From the IMG/VR virus record IMGVR_UViG_3300042301_004349, positions 107,172 to 171,171 of that record: a DNA stretch of 64,000 nt. One strand, given 5' to 3'. Positions within the stretch are counted from its first letter, which is position 1. Each line of letters starts with the position of its first letter. The position numbers and the translations under genes were made by a program. This document shows, piece by piece, positions 30,203 through 40,600 of this stretch. Source of the stretch: a virus. Under the pieces are notes generated by a model. It did not search any database. It was not told where the DNA came from and was given only the letters and a program-made list of their open reading frames with translations.

Positions 30203-30468
30203 GACTTATATATCTTTAATAATAACTTATCATGGCCTTTTATAACACGATGCCAAGTATGTCTTGGTATAAATATCGGTTTGTCCATAGATATTGGTAG
30301 TTCATTTTCTAGTTGAATCAACCAATTATTAGAATTAATAGATTCTATAAGACGATTTTCATCGTCACGATGCCAAAGGAGTTCGATAGGATCTATACTC
30401 TCATCGAACTCTCTTATAATATATTCTTTTGTTGTTTCTAGATCAACATATGGTCTACCAGTATCCAC
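30199..30468 (-). CDS. Small cupin-like protein
   Basis: WHRD and FIPRHTWHRVIKG motifs. Confidence 0.55.
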   Translation of the reverse strand: MDTGRPYVDLETTKEYIIREFDESIDPIELLWHRDDENRLIESINSNNWLIQLENELPISMDKPIFIPRHTWHRVIKGHDKLLLKIYKS

Positions 30469-31093
30469 TAAATGATGTTTTAAAACCTAATAATTTAGCA
30501 TATCTTGGTAAACGACATGACCAATATGATGCTTTTGTTCTATCTTTTTTCTGAGAGCAATTATGACGAGCTGCGAATGCCTTGCGTGCTTTAGGATTAT
30601 TTAGTTTTGCACGTAATCCTGTAGTATCACCAAATGATACTTTTTTAATTTTACCTTTATCTCGAACATAAACATAGAACTTTTTAGAACCACCACGCTT
30701 TGGTTTTCCAATTGGAGGTGTTTTCTTTTTATCTTTAGTCTCGTCTATTTCCATAGACTCATGTAAATCAACTAATTCATCTAATGAAATTGGATAATCT
30801 AATGGTACTCTAATACCGTTATACACCCCATATTCACCTATGTTTGATTCTAATAATTCAGCATCATCTTCAGTTACAGATAATATACCTTTATTGTATA
30901 ATTCACGTGCTTCACGGAATAGAGAAAAATAATTTTCAGATAATGGGCGATAGATATTGTGAATTAATTGTTTACCTTCTGTGATATGATATTTCATACC
31001 TTCAGATAACATTATTTCTTGTCCTTCTGATATTAGTTGAGGGCCATTACATCCGCAATCTTGTTCTTCAATTAAATCACTTAATTTTATCAT
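30455..31093 (-). CDS. Hypothetical protein with basic C-terminal domain, putative head cargo
   Basis: MIKLSDLIEE N-terminus; KVSFGD...FAARHNC...YWSC. Confidence 0.6.
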   Translation of the reverse strand: MIKLSDLIEEQDCGCNGPQLISEGQEIMLSEGMKYHITEGKQLIHNIYRPLSENYFSLFREARELYNKGILSVTEDDAELLESNIGEYGVYNGIRVPLDYPISLDELVDLHESMEIDETKDKKKTPPIGKPKRGGSKKFYVYVRDKGKIKKVSFGDTTGLRAKLNNPKARKAFAARHNCSQKKDRTKASYWSCRLPRYAKLLGFKTSFSGYW

Positions 31094-31368
31094 ATACTCC
31101 CAGCGCGTTTATCAGTTAGATATTTAATTTCGGTTCTTAGTGAAGCCACTTCAGCAACTAAATCTAGTATTTGTTTACGCATTTCATCTTTCTCTTGGGA
31201 AGATTGTGCTAATAATGCTTCTAATTTAGCGATTCTATCTTTACAATCATGACGAATAAAATCATCGTCACGTTCTCTTTTCATAGCACGTTTTTCATAA
31301 AAACGAAATGCTGTGGTTCCTCCTAATACTGTTACTGCTGTAATTATTACTGAATAAATATTTTCCAT
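31090..31368 (-). CDS. Single-TM coiled-coil protein (possible holin/lysis accessory)
   Basis: N-terminal hydrophobic helix plus coiled coil; late motif at 31401. Confidence 0.45.
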   Translation of the reverse strand: MENIYSVIITAVTVLGGTTAFRFYEKRAMKRERDDDFIRHDCKDRIAKLEALLAQSSQEKDEMRKQILDLVAEVASLRTEIKYLTDKRAGSI

Positions 31369-31408
31369 TATATGTACTTATATATTTAGTTACTGATAGC
31401 AATAAATA

Positions 31409-31993
31409 TTAGGATTGTGTTATTGATTTTACTTTTTCAATATATTCTTGGAATTCTTTAATTAGTTCATTATTATTTCCACCAGACCATTGTTCCATTT
31501 CACCATTTTCAGTAACAATTTGTTCAGGATGTACATCATTTATTAAATCTTGTAATATTTGTTCAAGATCACCTATAAATCCTTTAGCGTTACGTTGAAC
31601 CATGTCTTGGACGTACGCTTCATATTTACCATCTAAACGCAATTTGGTTTCTCTTTTAATAACACAATCAAAGCATTCTTTATGTATTGCATACATTTTA
31701 GTATCCAATACTTTCTTTTTCATTGCTTTACCGCATTTAGGACATGTTAGTGGAATTTGAAGGGCTTTTTTAACTAAATCTAATTTGGATATGGTCATCT
31801 TAATACCATTCTTAATGGTCCATTTTTTACCATTCTCTTCCCAAATATCTCCTTCTTTATAATCAACGGAAACTTTAGTATAACCTACTTGAGTAGAGAT
31901 TTTATCTCCGTATTTTTTATTAACTATATTTCTTACTCTTTGTACATCTCTTTCTCGAAACTCTTTTTTCAAAACACTTTCGTTACCTATCAT
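31409..31993 (-). CDS. Zn-ribbon hypothetical protein (start corrected)
   Basis: CPKC...CFDC; ATGA overlap with the upstream stop. Confidence 0.6.
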   Translation of the reverse strand: MIGNESVLKKEFRERDVQRVRNIVNKKYGDKISTQVGYTKVSVDYKEGDIWEENGKKWTIKNGIKMTISKLDLVKKALQIPLTCPKCGKAMKKKVLDTKMYAIHKECFDCVIKRETKLRLDGKYEAYVQDMVQRNAKGFIGDLEQILQDLINDVHPEQIVTENGEMEQWSGGNNNELIKEFQEYIEKVKSITQS

Positions 31994-33378
31994 AAACCTA
32001 ATTCTTTTAGTTGTTGGATTGTATCGGCAGCTGAAGTATGTAGAACACCAATACCTCCTGCTTCTTTCCATCTTTGAATATTATCTGCTCTATCATCAAT
32101 CAATATTGATCTAGGAGATGCATAAAATTGTTTGTATTCTGCTGATTTCAATAATAAAGGAACACCTGGTAAATTTGTGTTTACCCATTTTTGTTTTCCT
32201 GTTCTTGATGATTCTTGTCTTGAAGGGGCTGAGAGTAGTTTAGGTAAATATGGTTTAATGTAGCTCCATAATTCTTTGCCATCTTTCATCCATTCCATTT
32301 CAGTCCAAAATGACTCACCAGCATCAGTTATTGGTTGCCAAAAAGCAGCATCACCTTTAACATGATTTCCTCTAATGTTTTTACCTGTTAATTTTTCGTA
32401 AGCACCTTCAAAATCAGCAATAACGCCATCCATATCACAATAGATTTTGTATTGTTGTTCTTTTGATTCAAATATCATAGGATTAATTTGTGCAAATTTT
32501 CTCATTATTTGACCAGCTTTAGAATTTGCTTCATTTTCAGTATCAGAACCTGTGGTTCCGTCTAAAGGTTGGCCTTTTTGTTTTTGTGATAGGTGTACTA
32601 ATTCATGAGAAACAGTTCGGCAAATATCAGCCATATTACGATTACCCGTGTAAATCCATATCTTATCGTCTTGTGGACTATATAACCCCATTGACTTCAT
32701 TTCCCTCGCTTTCTCCGTATCCCTACTTATCACGATTTTTCCCCCTCCCCCCTCAATACCCAATTCACGTAGGGTAAATCTAATGAACTCCTTTAATAAA
32801 GTCAAGTTTTCTTTGCCTTCTTTTAACTCTTCTTTTTCTGTGTCACCCATTGTGTAACCAGCAGCATTCATGAATTGCTTCACATCGATGCCATCTGGTA
32901 AGAATTTTTTAATTAGGTTTTCACTTTTAGCTTTAATTGCTATTCTAAAATCAGTAGCACTTATATTATCAAATGTACCTGCATTAAACAATTCAGCATT
33001 CTTATATTTTTCATTTTTCAATATTGATGAAAAACGAGTAAATTCATCTTTACCAAAAGCAGCAATAATTTTTGCTTCTGGATTTGATGTGATTAGATTA
33101 TAAGTTTCACTAACAGGGTTTTCATCTACAATTAAAAAATTAACATTTCCTGGGAGTAATGTTTTGTATAGTTCCCACACTCTATAACTTTCGTCTGCAG
33201 TAACTCCTTCACGAGTTTTAGGTGAAATAAAGATTTGAACCTCATCACACATATCAGATAAACGTTTAACAACATTAAAGTGACCTTTATGTGGTGGTTT
33301 AAATGCACCCGGAAATACACCAATGATGTATTGTTTTTCCTCTAATAATTGTTTTGCTATGTGTTGTCCTAAATTCAT
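31990..33378 (-). CDS. Fusion of HxGH nucleotidyltransferase-like, HExxH zincin-like and HAD 5'-nucleotidase-like domains
   Basis: PGAFKPPHKGH; TVSHELVH...ENEAN; YCDMDGVIADF...LSAP...ILIDDR. Confidence 0.75.
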   Translation of the reverse strand: MNLGQHIAKQLLEEKQYIIGVFPGAFKPPHKGHFNVVKRLSDMCDEVQIFISPKTREGVTADESYRVWELYKTLLPGNVNFLIVDENPVSETYNLITSNPEAKIIAAFGKDEFTRFSSILKNEKYKNAELFNAGTFDNISATDFRIAIKAKSENLIKKFLPDGIDVKQFMNAAGYTMGDTEKEELKEGKENLTLLKEFIRFTLRELGIEGGGGKIVISRDTEKAREMKSMGLYSPQDDKIWIYTGNRNMADICRTVSHELVHLSQKQKGQPLDGTTGSDTENEANSKAGQIMRKFAQINPMIFESKEQQYKIYCDMDGVIADFEGAYEKLTGKNIRGNHVKGDAAFWQPITDAGESFWTEMEWMKDGKELWSYIKPYLPKLLSAPSRQESSRTGKQKWVNTNLPGVPLLLKSAEYKQFYASPRSILIDDRADNIQRWKEAGGIGVLHTSAADTIQQLKELGL

Positions 33379-34214
33379 TACTGTACAAATGATTTTACTT
33401 TAGATATAATTTCTGATTCAGATAAAACGGATTCTTTGATTTTTTTATCAATATTAATAAATTCGCGTTCTAACTGCTCTACTTGTTTTTTATAGTTTTC
33501 TCTTGATTTTTCTGCCGCTTTATCTTTTTTAGCCTGCTCATCAGGTGATAAAGGTTCATCTTGAGTCTTGCGAAAAGTGGATACAAATTGTTCAGGGTTA
33601 GTTTGGGTTAGTTGTTCTAACCAATCAAATAATTTACCTTGTTGAACTGCTTGATTAAATCCATTAATTTCTTTTTGATATTCTTGATCAGGAGCTTGAT
33701 ATAATACAAAATTATCTCCTAATTTATTTTTATAAGTGTCTATGTTCCCGTAAACATTATTCCACGTTTGGATAACACCCACTTTAGGTACTTTACGTTC
33801 ACGTTTAAAGTTTCTTAAAAATGATACAATAGGGTGAGCATAAACCATGATCATTAATGTATCATAATTAGACGCAGTATTTAATAAACCTGGTACTTCC
33901 TTTCGTTTATATAAACCACCAATCAATTTAGCCGCATTAGACGCGGTAGTATCCCAAATAAACGCTTTACCTGTTGAGAGTGCATTAGGTACGTCAACAT
34001 CATCTACTTGAGCAGAAGCCGCAGTAAGATTATTGAACATTTCGCTTGATTTATCTTCAATATACTTATCTGGGTTGATTATTTCAAAACCAGGTGTTAC
34101 TCCTTTAATTTTATTTATTAAAGTAGACTTCCCGGCACCGGCGCCCCCCGCCATGATTATCATTTTATTTTGAGGCATGGCTGCTTCCATTAATAAGTCA
34201 ATTAGTTTAATCAT
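33378..34214 (-). CDS. P-loop kinase (zeta-toxin/AAA_33-like)
   Basis: MAGGAGAGKS, INPD, IWDTT and RNFKRERKVP motifs. Confidence 0.7.
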   Translation of the reverse strand: MIKLIDLLMEAAMPQNKMIIMAGGAGAGKSTLINKIKGVTPGFEIINPDKYIEDKSSEMFNNLTAASAQVDDVDVPNALSTGKAFIWDTTASNAAKLIGGLYKRKEVPGLLNTASNYDTLMIMVYAHPIVSFLRNFKRERKVPKVGVIQTWNNVYGNIDTYKNKLGDNFVLYQAPDQEYQKEINGFNQAVQQGKLFDWLEQLTQTNPEQFVSTFRKTQDEPLSPDEQAKKDKAAEKSRENYKKQVEQLEREFINIDKKIKESVLSESEIISKVKSFVQ

Positions 34215-34279
34215 ATGTTGAATATAAATAGGTGACCTGGACGGACCAAGTCACCTATAAATATTTAAAATTATATTTA

Positions 34280-35062
34280 CTATGATATTTTAACACTTGT
34301 TGGCAACAACTCTGTCATAGGTTTAGAATTTGGATTTTCTAATTTATAAATTTCTTGGATATTTTTAAACATTTTAAAATTAGTTTCAATATCACTTATA
34401 ACTTTTAATTCCCATCCTTTACCTTGGATTTTATCACCTTTACCTTCACCACGTGTATTTGCTTTAACCCACAATATACCTGTATGAGTTACTTTTTCGT
34501 TATGAGTTTCATTCCAAGCTTGTGCATAAGCCGCTAATTGTAAATCATATGACGTATGTAAACTGTTAGATGTTTTAAGATCCAACAACCATATATTATC
34601 AAACAATCTAACAACTAAATCGGCAGTACCTGCATACTCATGTTCATCTGAGAATAGGTGGTATTCGGTTGCGATCAATTCTGGTTTATGTGTATTCCAA
34701 AAATCTGCAAATTTAAGAATCATTCTCCAAACATCTAAATTATATTTGGCATTACCATACTCATCAATCCAAGTAATTTCTTCTCCATTTAAGAATGCTT
34801 CTACTGCGTTGTGTACTTGAGTGCCCTCACCAGCAGCTTTACTAGCAATAATATCTGAATTATGTCCTACATCTTTTAACCAAGAATGAAAGAATTGGTT
34901 CTTAGGGAAATAATTTAAAATACTAGATACTGAAGGGTAATATTTACCACCTCTTCTGTAGAATCTTTGATCTAGTACATTTACTTGTTTATTATCATTG
35001 CTGTATTCAACGATACGCTTGATCTTTGGATCTTTGATAATATTTGAATTTTTGTCAATCAT
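34280..35062 (-). CDS. PD-(D/E)xK exonuclease
   Basis: YPSVSSIL, GTQVH, AGTADL, LDLKTS and QLAAY motifs. Confidence 0.85.
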   Translation of the reverse strand: MIDKNSNIIKDPKIKRIVEYSNDNKQVNVLDQRFYRRGGKYYPSVSSILNYFPKNQFFHSWLKDVGHNSDIIASKAAGEGTQVHNAVEAFLNGEEITWIDEYGNAKYNLDVWRMILKFADFWNTHKPELIATEYHLFSDEHEYAGTADLVVRLFDNIWLLDLKTSNSLHTSYDLQLAAYAQAWNETHNEKVTHTGILWVKANTRGEGKGDKIQGKGWELKVISDIETNFKMFKNIQEIYKLENPNSKPMTELLPTSVKIS

Positions 35063-36027
35063 ATTAATTGTAGTTTTTTCTCAAGTAAACTCTGAAGATT
35101 CAGAGGTTCTGTTTGCTCAAGAGTAGTTAGAAATGAACCAAATCCAATTTCATTTGCATCTTTACCATCTAATTCAACCATATAGACTTCCTTACCATAC
35201 GACATTAATTTTTCGGCGTGTTTTAAGGCATCTTTTTTAGCATCATTGTCTAGTGCAATGTAAATTCTATCAACATTTGATTTGACTATTTTTTCCATTA
35301 ACTTGTTATGTAATACTTTTCCAAGTAATGGAATGCAATTACGTTTAATTGTAATAGCATCAAACATACCTTCACAAAGTATGATTGGTGCGTTCCAATT
35401 TATATATAACTCTAAACCTATAATTTCCTTAGAAGCTACAGGTGGATTTTTATATTTACGATCTGAATCTTTGTAAGCGCGAGCTACAAAATAATTTAAC
35501 ATACCGTTAGCATCATAAGAAGGAATAATAACCCTACCAGCATATGGTCCTTCTTTACAAAAACCAATATTATATTTAATAATATCATCTACTGTTATTC
35601 CACGTCTATTCAAGAATTTAAATGCATGTTTTGATTCGATTTGAGCCACACGGTCTAATCCTTTTTCATTCAATATGTGTGAAAGTGGGTTAGTTAATGG
35701 TATGAATTCTGCGGGTAAAACGATGGACTCATTAGACACATCATCTGCCTTAAAAGCAGTAGGTTGAATAAGTAAACTTAAATCTTTGAATTTATCTGGT
35801 GATGCTTGTGCTTGTTTAAATAATGCTCGTATGGTTTTCCCCTTTGCATCACAAACCCAACAATGCCAAAAATTTTCCTTTTTAGCAGTAGTACGTAAAC
35901 TAACTTCCAATTTGTTTTTGTGGTGCGAACAGAATGGGCATTTAAAGGCATAATTGCCCTTACTTGTAACCTGCCCTTTGCCTAGTACTGATTCGACTAG
36001 AACTAATAATGCTGCATTTTCAATCAT
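35059..36027 (-). CDS. DNA primase (Zn finger + TOPRIM)
   Basis: CPFC...CWVC, RVIIP, CEGMFDA and LDND motifs. Confidence 0.88.
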   Translation of the reverse strand: MIENAALLVLVESVLGKGQVTSKGNYAFKCPFCSHHKNKLEVSLRTTAKKENFWHCWVCDAKGKTIRALFKQAQASPDKFKDLSLLIQPTAFKADDVSNESIVLPAEFIPLTNPLSHILNEKGLDRVAQIESKHAFKFLNRRGITVDDIIKYNIGFCKEGPYAGRVIIPSYDANGMLNYFVARAYKDSDRKYKNPPVASKEIIGLELYINWNAPIILCEGMFDAITIKRNCIPLLGKVLHNKLMEKIVKSNVDRIYIALDNDAKKDALKHAEKLMSYGKEVYMVELDGKDANEIGFGSFLTTLEQTEPLNLQSLLEKKLQLI

Positions 36028-36047
36028 ATAAGCATCAATATACGATC

Positions 36048-36503
36048 TTACTCTGCCTCAAACAAGTCTTTGCGAAAAAATTTACCTAAAATATTATCAT
36101 TTAAATAGCGATCATCCTCTAACACATTGTGTTGAAATAGATATTTTGTTTCCCAATATGTTAGTTGTTTACTTGTTTTACACAATTTATACACATATCG
36201 TTTTAGATTTTCTTTTGGTAATTTCTTTACCTCAAGAGAAGAACCATAATAAGTCATCCAGTCGCTTTCTGATATGACTAATTTTTTGCTTGGTTTTTTA
36301 CCACGAGCCACGGGTAGTGTTGCTAGTTCTTTTTTTCCTAATTTTTTATTTTGTTTATGAAAGAATGCTTTTTTACCAATATATTGTTTGCCTGTTGTTG
36401 TATCTAAAGTACAATAAACATACCCATAATATTCAGAGGGATCAAAATTAGGATCATTGATTAGATCCTCAACCTGCATAACAGGTTCCATAACTTGTAC
36501 CAT
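36048..36503 (-). CDS. GIY-YIG-family endonuclease (DenA/Seg-like)
   Basis: GYVY...YIGKK, ESDWMTYYGSS and NDNILGKF motifs. Confidence 0.75.
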   Translation of the reverse strand: MVQVMEPVMQVEDLINDPNFDPSEYYGYVYCTLDTTTGKQYIGKKAFFHKQNKKLGKKELATLPVARGKKPSKKLVISESDWMTYYGSSLEVKKLPKENLKRYVYKLCKTSKQLTYWETKYLFQHNVLEDDRYLNDNILGKFFRKDLFEAE

Positions 36504-36517
36504 AACTATATTTTATT

Positions 36518-36826
36518 TTATGTGTCGTATTTAACCAAAAACGTCATATCTGTTTCTGATGAAATAGGGATTGGTTTTCCAAATTTTGCAACCATTAAAA
36601 GTTCATTTCGTTCATTATATAAACCCAATGTTGTAACATAAGGTCTAAATTCAGAACCTGTTGTAAAACCTGCTAATGATGATGATATGTTAGTTCTATT
36701 AGATAGCAAAGTAGGATTGTAAGATAAATTATATTCACTTTCCTCAACAGTACATTTTACAAAATTTTCGTAAATTGTGTGTTCATTTCTAAAATTAATA
36801 TTAAAGGATCCTGTATAAACTGCCAT
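36518..36826 (-). CDS. Baseplate/tail structural protein, stand-alone C-terminal module
   Basis: Paralogous to the C-terminus of 40712..41668 (YVTTLGLYNERNELLMVAK vs YITTVGLYNDNNELLAVAK). Confidence 0.65.
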   Translation of the reverse strand: MAVYTGSFNINFRNEHTIYENFVKCTVEESEYNLSYNPTLLSNRTNISSSLAGFTTGSEFRPYVTTLGLYNERNELLMVAKFGKPIPISSETDMTFLVKYDT

Positions 36827-36848
36827 AATTATTTAATTTAAAAATGTA

Positions 36849-37664
36849 TTATATTTGGGTTAGCGTTGATTGTGCAAGTGTAAATTCACCTTGAGATATT
36901 GCATTTATTGTCCAAGTACAATAATAAATTCCTGTTGCTAAAGTAATATCAAGGAATGTACTATCTCCTGCACCTTCTGGTTGTGGTGTAGGTGAAAAAC
37001 TACCATATCCCGGTATTACTAATGTTGTATTACCTCTAAAGCCTGTTGTTACTGTAATTCTTAATCTAATTGTTACTGGGCCATTTGTAATTGTTATTGT
37101 TGGATTAATTGTAGTAGTTCCAACTCCCGAAGTACTTGTATTATTACCACTGCTATAATCAAATGTAGCTGTTGGGGTTGTAGGAGGAGGTGTACAACTT
37201 CCACTAATAATTATAGTACCCGCATTATACCCATCAATATTTCCTGTTCCTACTTGATACCAAGTGCCACCAGATACATAATACCCATCTGGTGCTAATT
37301 CTAAACTTGAAGAAAGATATAAGCGAGAACCAGTATATAATGTTATATTTGCAGCTTCATCTAATACAACACCAGTATAATCTATATTAATCGCAGAAGT
37401 ATCTAAATAAAATTGATTGCAGTTACTGCTTTCACAAGCACTACCAGATGTTGAACCAGAACAAAAAGTAAAAGGACCATAAAAACAGTCTCTCCATTTT
37501 CCATTAGCTAAACTACTAGTTAAACGTTGTTCATAATAAAAATCAGTTCCACAAAAACTCTCAGTTGGAACTGTAAGAGAATGACTATACCCCACAGGTG
37601 AACTATTATCTGTAAAGTATTGTGTTACTTTTGTGTAAATTTTATTTCCTGATCTTCTTATCAT
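36849..37664 (-). CDS. Cys/Thr/Gly-rich putative virion surface protein
   Basis: LYTGSRLYLSSSLELAPDGYY motif; late motif at 37669. Confidence 0.55.
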   Translation of the reverse strand: MIRRSGNKIYTKVTQYFTDNSSPVGYSHSLTVPTESFCGTDFYYEQRLTSSLANGKWRDCFYGPFTFCSGSTSGSACESSNCNQFYLDTSAINIDYTGVVLDEAANITLYTGSRLYLSSSLELAPDGYYVSGGTWYQVGTGNIDGYNAGTIIISGSCTPPPTTPTATFDYSSGNNTSTSGVGTTTINPTITITNGPVTIRLRITVTTGFRGNTTLVIPGYGSFSPTPQPEGAGDSTFLDITLATGIYYCTWTINAISQGEFTLAQSTLTQI

Positions 37665-37688
37665 TCTTTATAAATATTTTATTTATCA

Positions 37689-40600
37689 TTATTCTGGGTT
37701 TAATTCTTCAGGGCCTCCACTACCACCTCCACTTGGTGGGGAACTTGGAGGAGATGAAGGTGGTGAACCACCTGGACTTCCCCCTGATCCTGATTGACAA
37801 GCTGAAGCATTACAATCTGCTAAAGCAGTCAAACCATCTAGAGGAATATAAGTACCATTTCCATCATTTAAACTATCAATACCTATAATCTGAGCACATG
37901 TTGTACCACCATCAATTACATAAGTAACATTAAATTGATTATATAAATTAGCATTAGTGCTTTTACCGATTACAGTACCTGATAAATCACATTTATCTAA
38001 AATATAATAAGTGTATGTTGGGCTCGGACTCGGAGACGGGCTTGGGCTAGGACTTGGACTTGGACTCGGAGATGGACTTGGACTCGGACTCGGAGACGGG
38101 CTTGGGCTAGGACTCGGAGATGGACTAGGGCTTGGAGAGGTTGTTAAATTACCTTCAGCTTTAATTAAATAATATCTACTTGAATTTGCTGTTAAACTAT
38201 ATAATGGCCAATAAGCACTTCCTGTTTCAATACTAGAAGTTGTATATGTTAATGAACCTGTAGTGAAAACAGACATTGTGTGAGATGCTGAGGTATAGTT
38301 ACCAACCCATCCACCATCAGCTGGTGGATATAAAGGTGCTTCAAATGAGTATGAAGTTCCATTATGTAGTTGAATATATTCTGCATCAGTTGTAAATAAT
38401 GTAGTTATATCTTGACCATTTCCTTTAACTTTAAGATTAGTACCGGCACCTCCAGATTCATCAACCAAAATAACAGCATTTAGTTCTTGGCAAACTGGGT
38501 CTGAATATCTATATTCACGAGCTCTTACATTTATACTACCAGTAATTGTACAACCATTAGCATCAGCAACAGTTATATTCCAAGTACCTCCATTCAATCC
38601 ATCATTTAAGTTAATAGTTGCTGGATTTGATGTTGTAGGACCTTGAGAGCGTGATGTTCCTCCTTTTTGTACCAAATAAGTGTAAGGAGAAGTTCCACCT
38701 GCAATTCCAATACTAACACTAGTATCACATTGATTATATGTCAAAGATGAAGTTATACTAGTAATACCTGGTGTAACAGTTATAGAAGCGCTTGCAGCAG
38801 ATGTACATCCTGTACTTAAATCAGTTGCTGTTAATGTATAAGTCCCTGTACTACCAGTAACTATACTTCCTGTAGCTCCTGTATTCCATAAATAACTAAA
38901 TCCAGCTCCACTACCTCCACTAACAGAAGCTGAAACTTGTCCATTACCACTACCACATGAACCATTAGTTGCTGTTAAACTAATAGATATTGAACTTACA
39001 CTACTAATTGTAGCACTACCGGTAGCAGTACAATTATTAGCATCTGTTACAGTAACATTATATGTTCCTGCAGGTAAACCTGTTGGATCTTCTGTTGTTC
39101 TAACAACTGTAGATCCTGTAACCCACGAATATGTGTATGGGGAAGTACCTCCAGAAACAGTTATACTAATAGATCCAACATCTTGACCTGGTTCAGGGCA
39201 ATCGGATGTTGTTGAATTTATGGTTACTGTAGGAGATGGTGTTTGTGTTATGGTAACTAAAGATGAAGTACTACAAATACCATCCTTAACAGTCACTGTA
39301 TAAGTAGCAGGGGATAAACTTGAAAATAAAGTATTTGAAGTAAACCCTTGCCAATTAGTACCTCCATTTATAGAAGCAGAATATGGAGCTCCATAAGTTG
39401 AAGAACCAGTAACTGCTATCTTTCCATCATTACTACCCCCACAAGTTATATTGGTTGGGTTTGTAGTAATAGTAAATACATCAGCTAATACAGTGAATGA
39501 AGAAGTAACAATTGTTCCTTCACTATCTCTAACATATAATACATTATTACCTATAGGAGCTGTTGTAGAAGCTGTTGGTTGGTACCATTCACAATTAGCT
39601 AAATTATTATAAGTTCCACCACCAACAGAAAATTGATAAGGAGGAATACCATAATTTATTGAAAAAGTAACAGCTGAAACACCCCCAACACAAACAATTG
39701 GTTGGAAGGATCTAGACATTTCTAAAGGTAACTTATAAAGTTCTAAATCAATACTGGCGGTATTACTTTTTAAACAAGTATTATCATTAACAGTATAATA
39801 TAATTTATAATTACCTGGTGTTACTCCTAAAGTTTCACATTCATCTACAAAAAGAGAACCTGTAATTAAAGTAACATCAGGAAAACTATACCCTGGGTAG
39901 GCATATGTAGCTACTGAACTAGTGGCAATTGCTGTAGAATTACAACTATCAATATAATCATTAGCTAGAATATCTAATTTTTTAGTACGTTGTACGTTTA
40001 ATATTCTAAAATAATCATTAATTGCATTGGGTGGAGTAGGTAAGAAACACTTATAATTTTGGTTTGTAATTATTACTAAACCTTGAGAATAAAATATGTT
40101 TCCTACATGAACTTTATTTTGTAATTCAGCAATATATCCTGGAGGAGCATAGTAACCTGGTTGTACATAATATCCTGTAAAAGAAATATCATAAATATTT
40201 CCATAACCATCATCTGCTAATTGGTAACTACCACTTGCAGTTAAAATAAAGTTATTAGGTTTTATCTGTTCACCGTAAATGTTTTGATTAAATGACATTA
40301 CCCTAATAATATCATTTGATGATGTTGGGAAACTATTTACAAATGATGGGTTCTCATTAAAATCAAAATAAGAACCAGTAGATATAGTACTAGACTCAGT
40401 CATGTAAGACTCATAATACATTGAATTAATCAATGAATGAGAATTAAGAATACTTGAAGAGTGGTATTGATAGTATAAGTGATTTATCTGACGATAAACC
40501 AAAGATTCATATTGGCCCTCAGTTATAGGGCCATTATCTAAATCTATACTACCTGTTATATTTTTACCTTTTAATATGGTAAAATAAGCACCATCTTGAG

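Noticed and set aside
33378-34214. Zeta toxin of a toxin-antitoxin pair
   Set aside because: Only general P-loop kinase motifs are visible, and there is no adjacent antitoxin-like gene
34280-35062. Cas4 / CRISPR-associated nuclease
   Set aside because: It lacks the Fe-S Cys cluster, sits beside primase like an ordinary phage exonuclease, and there is no array
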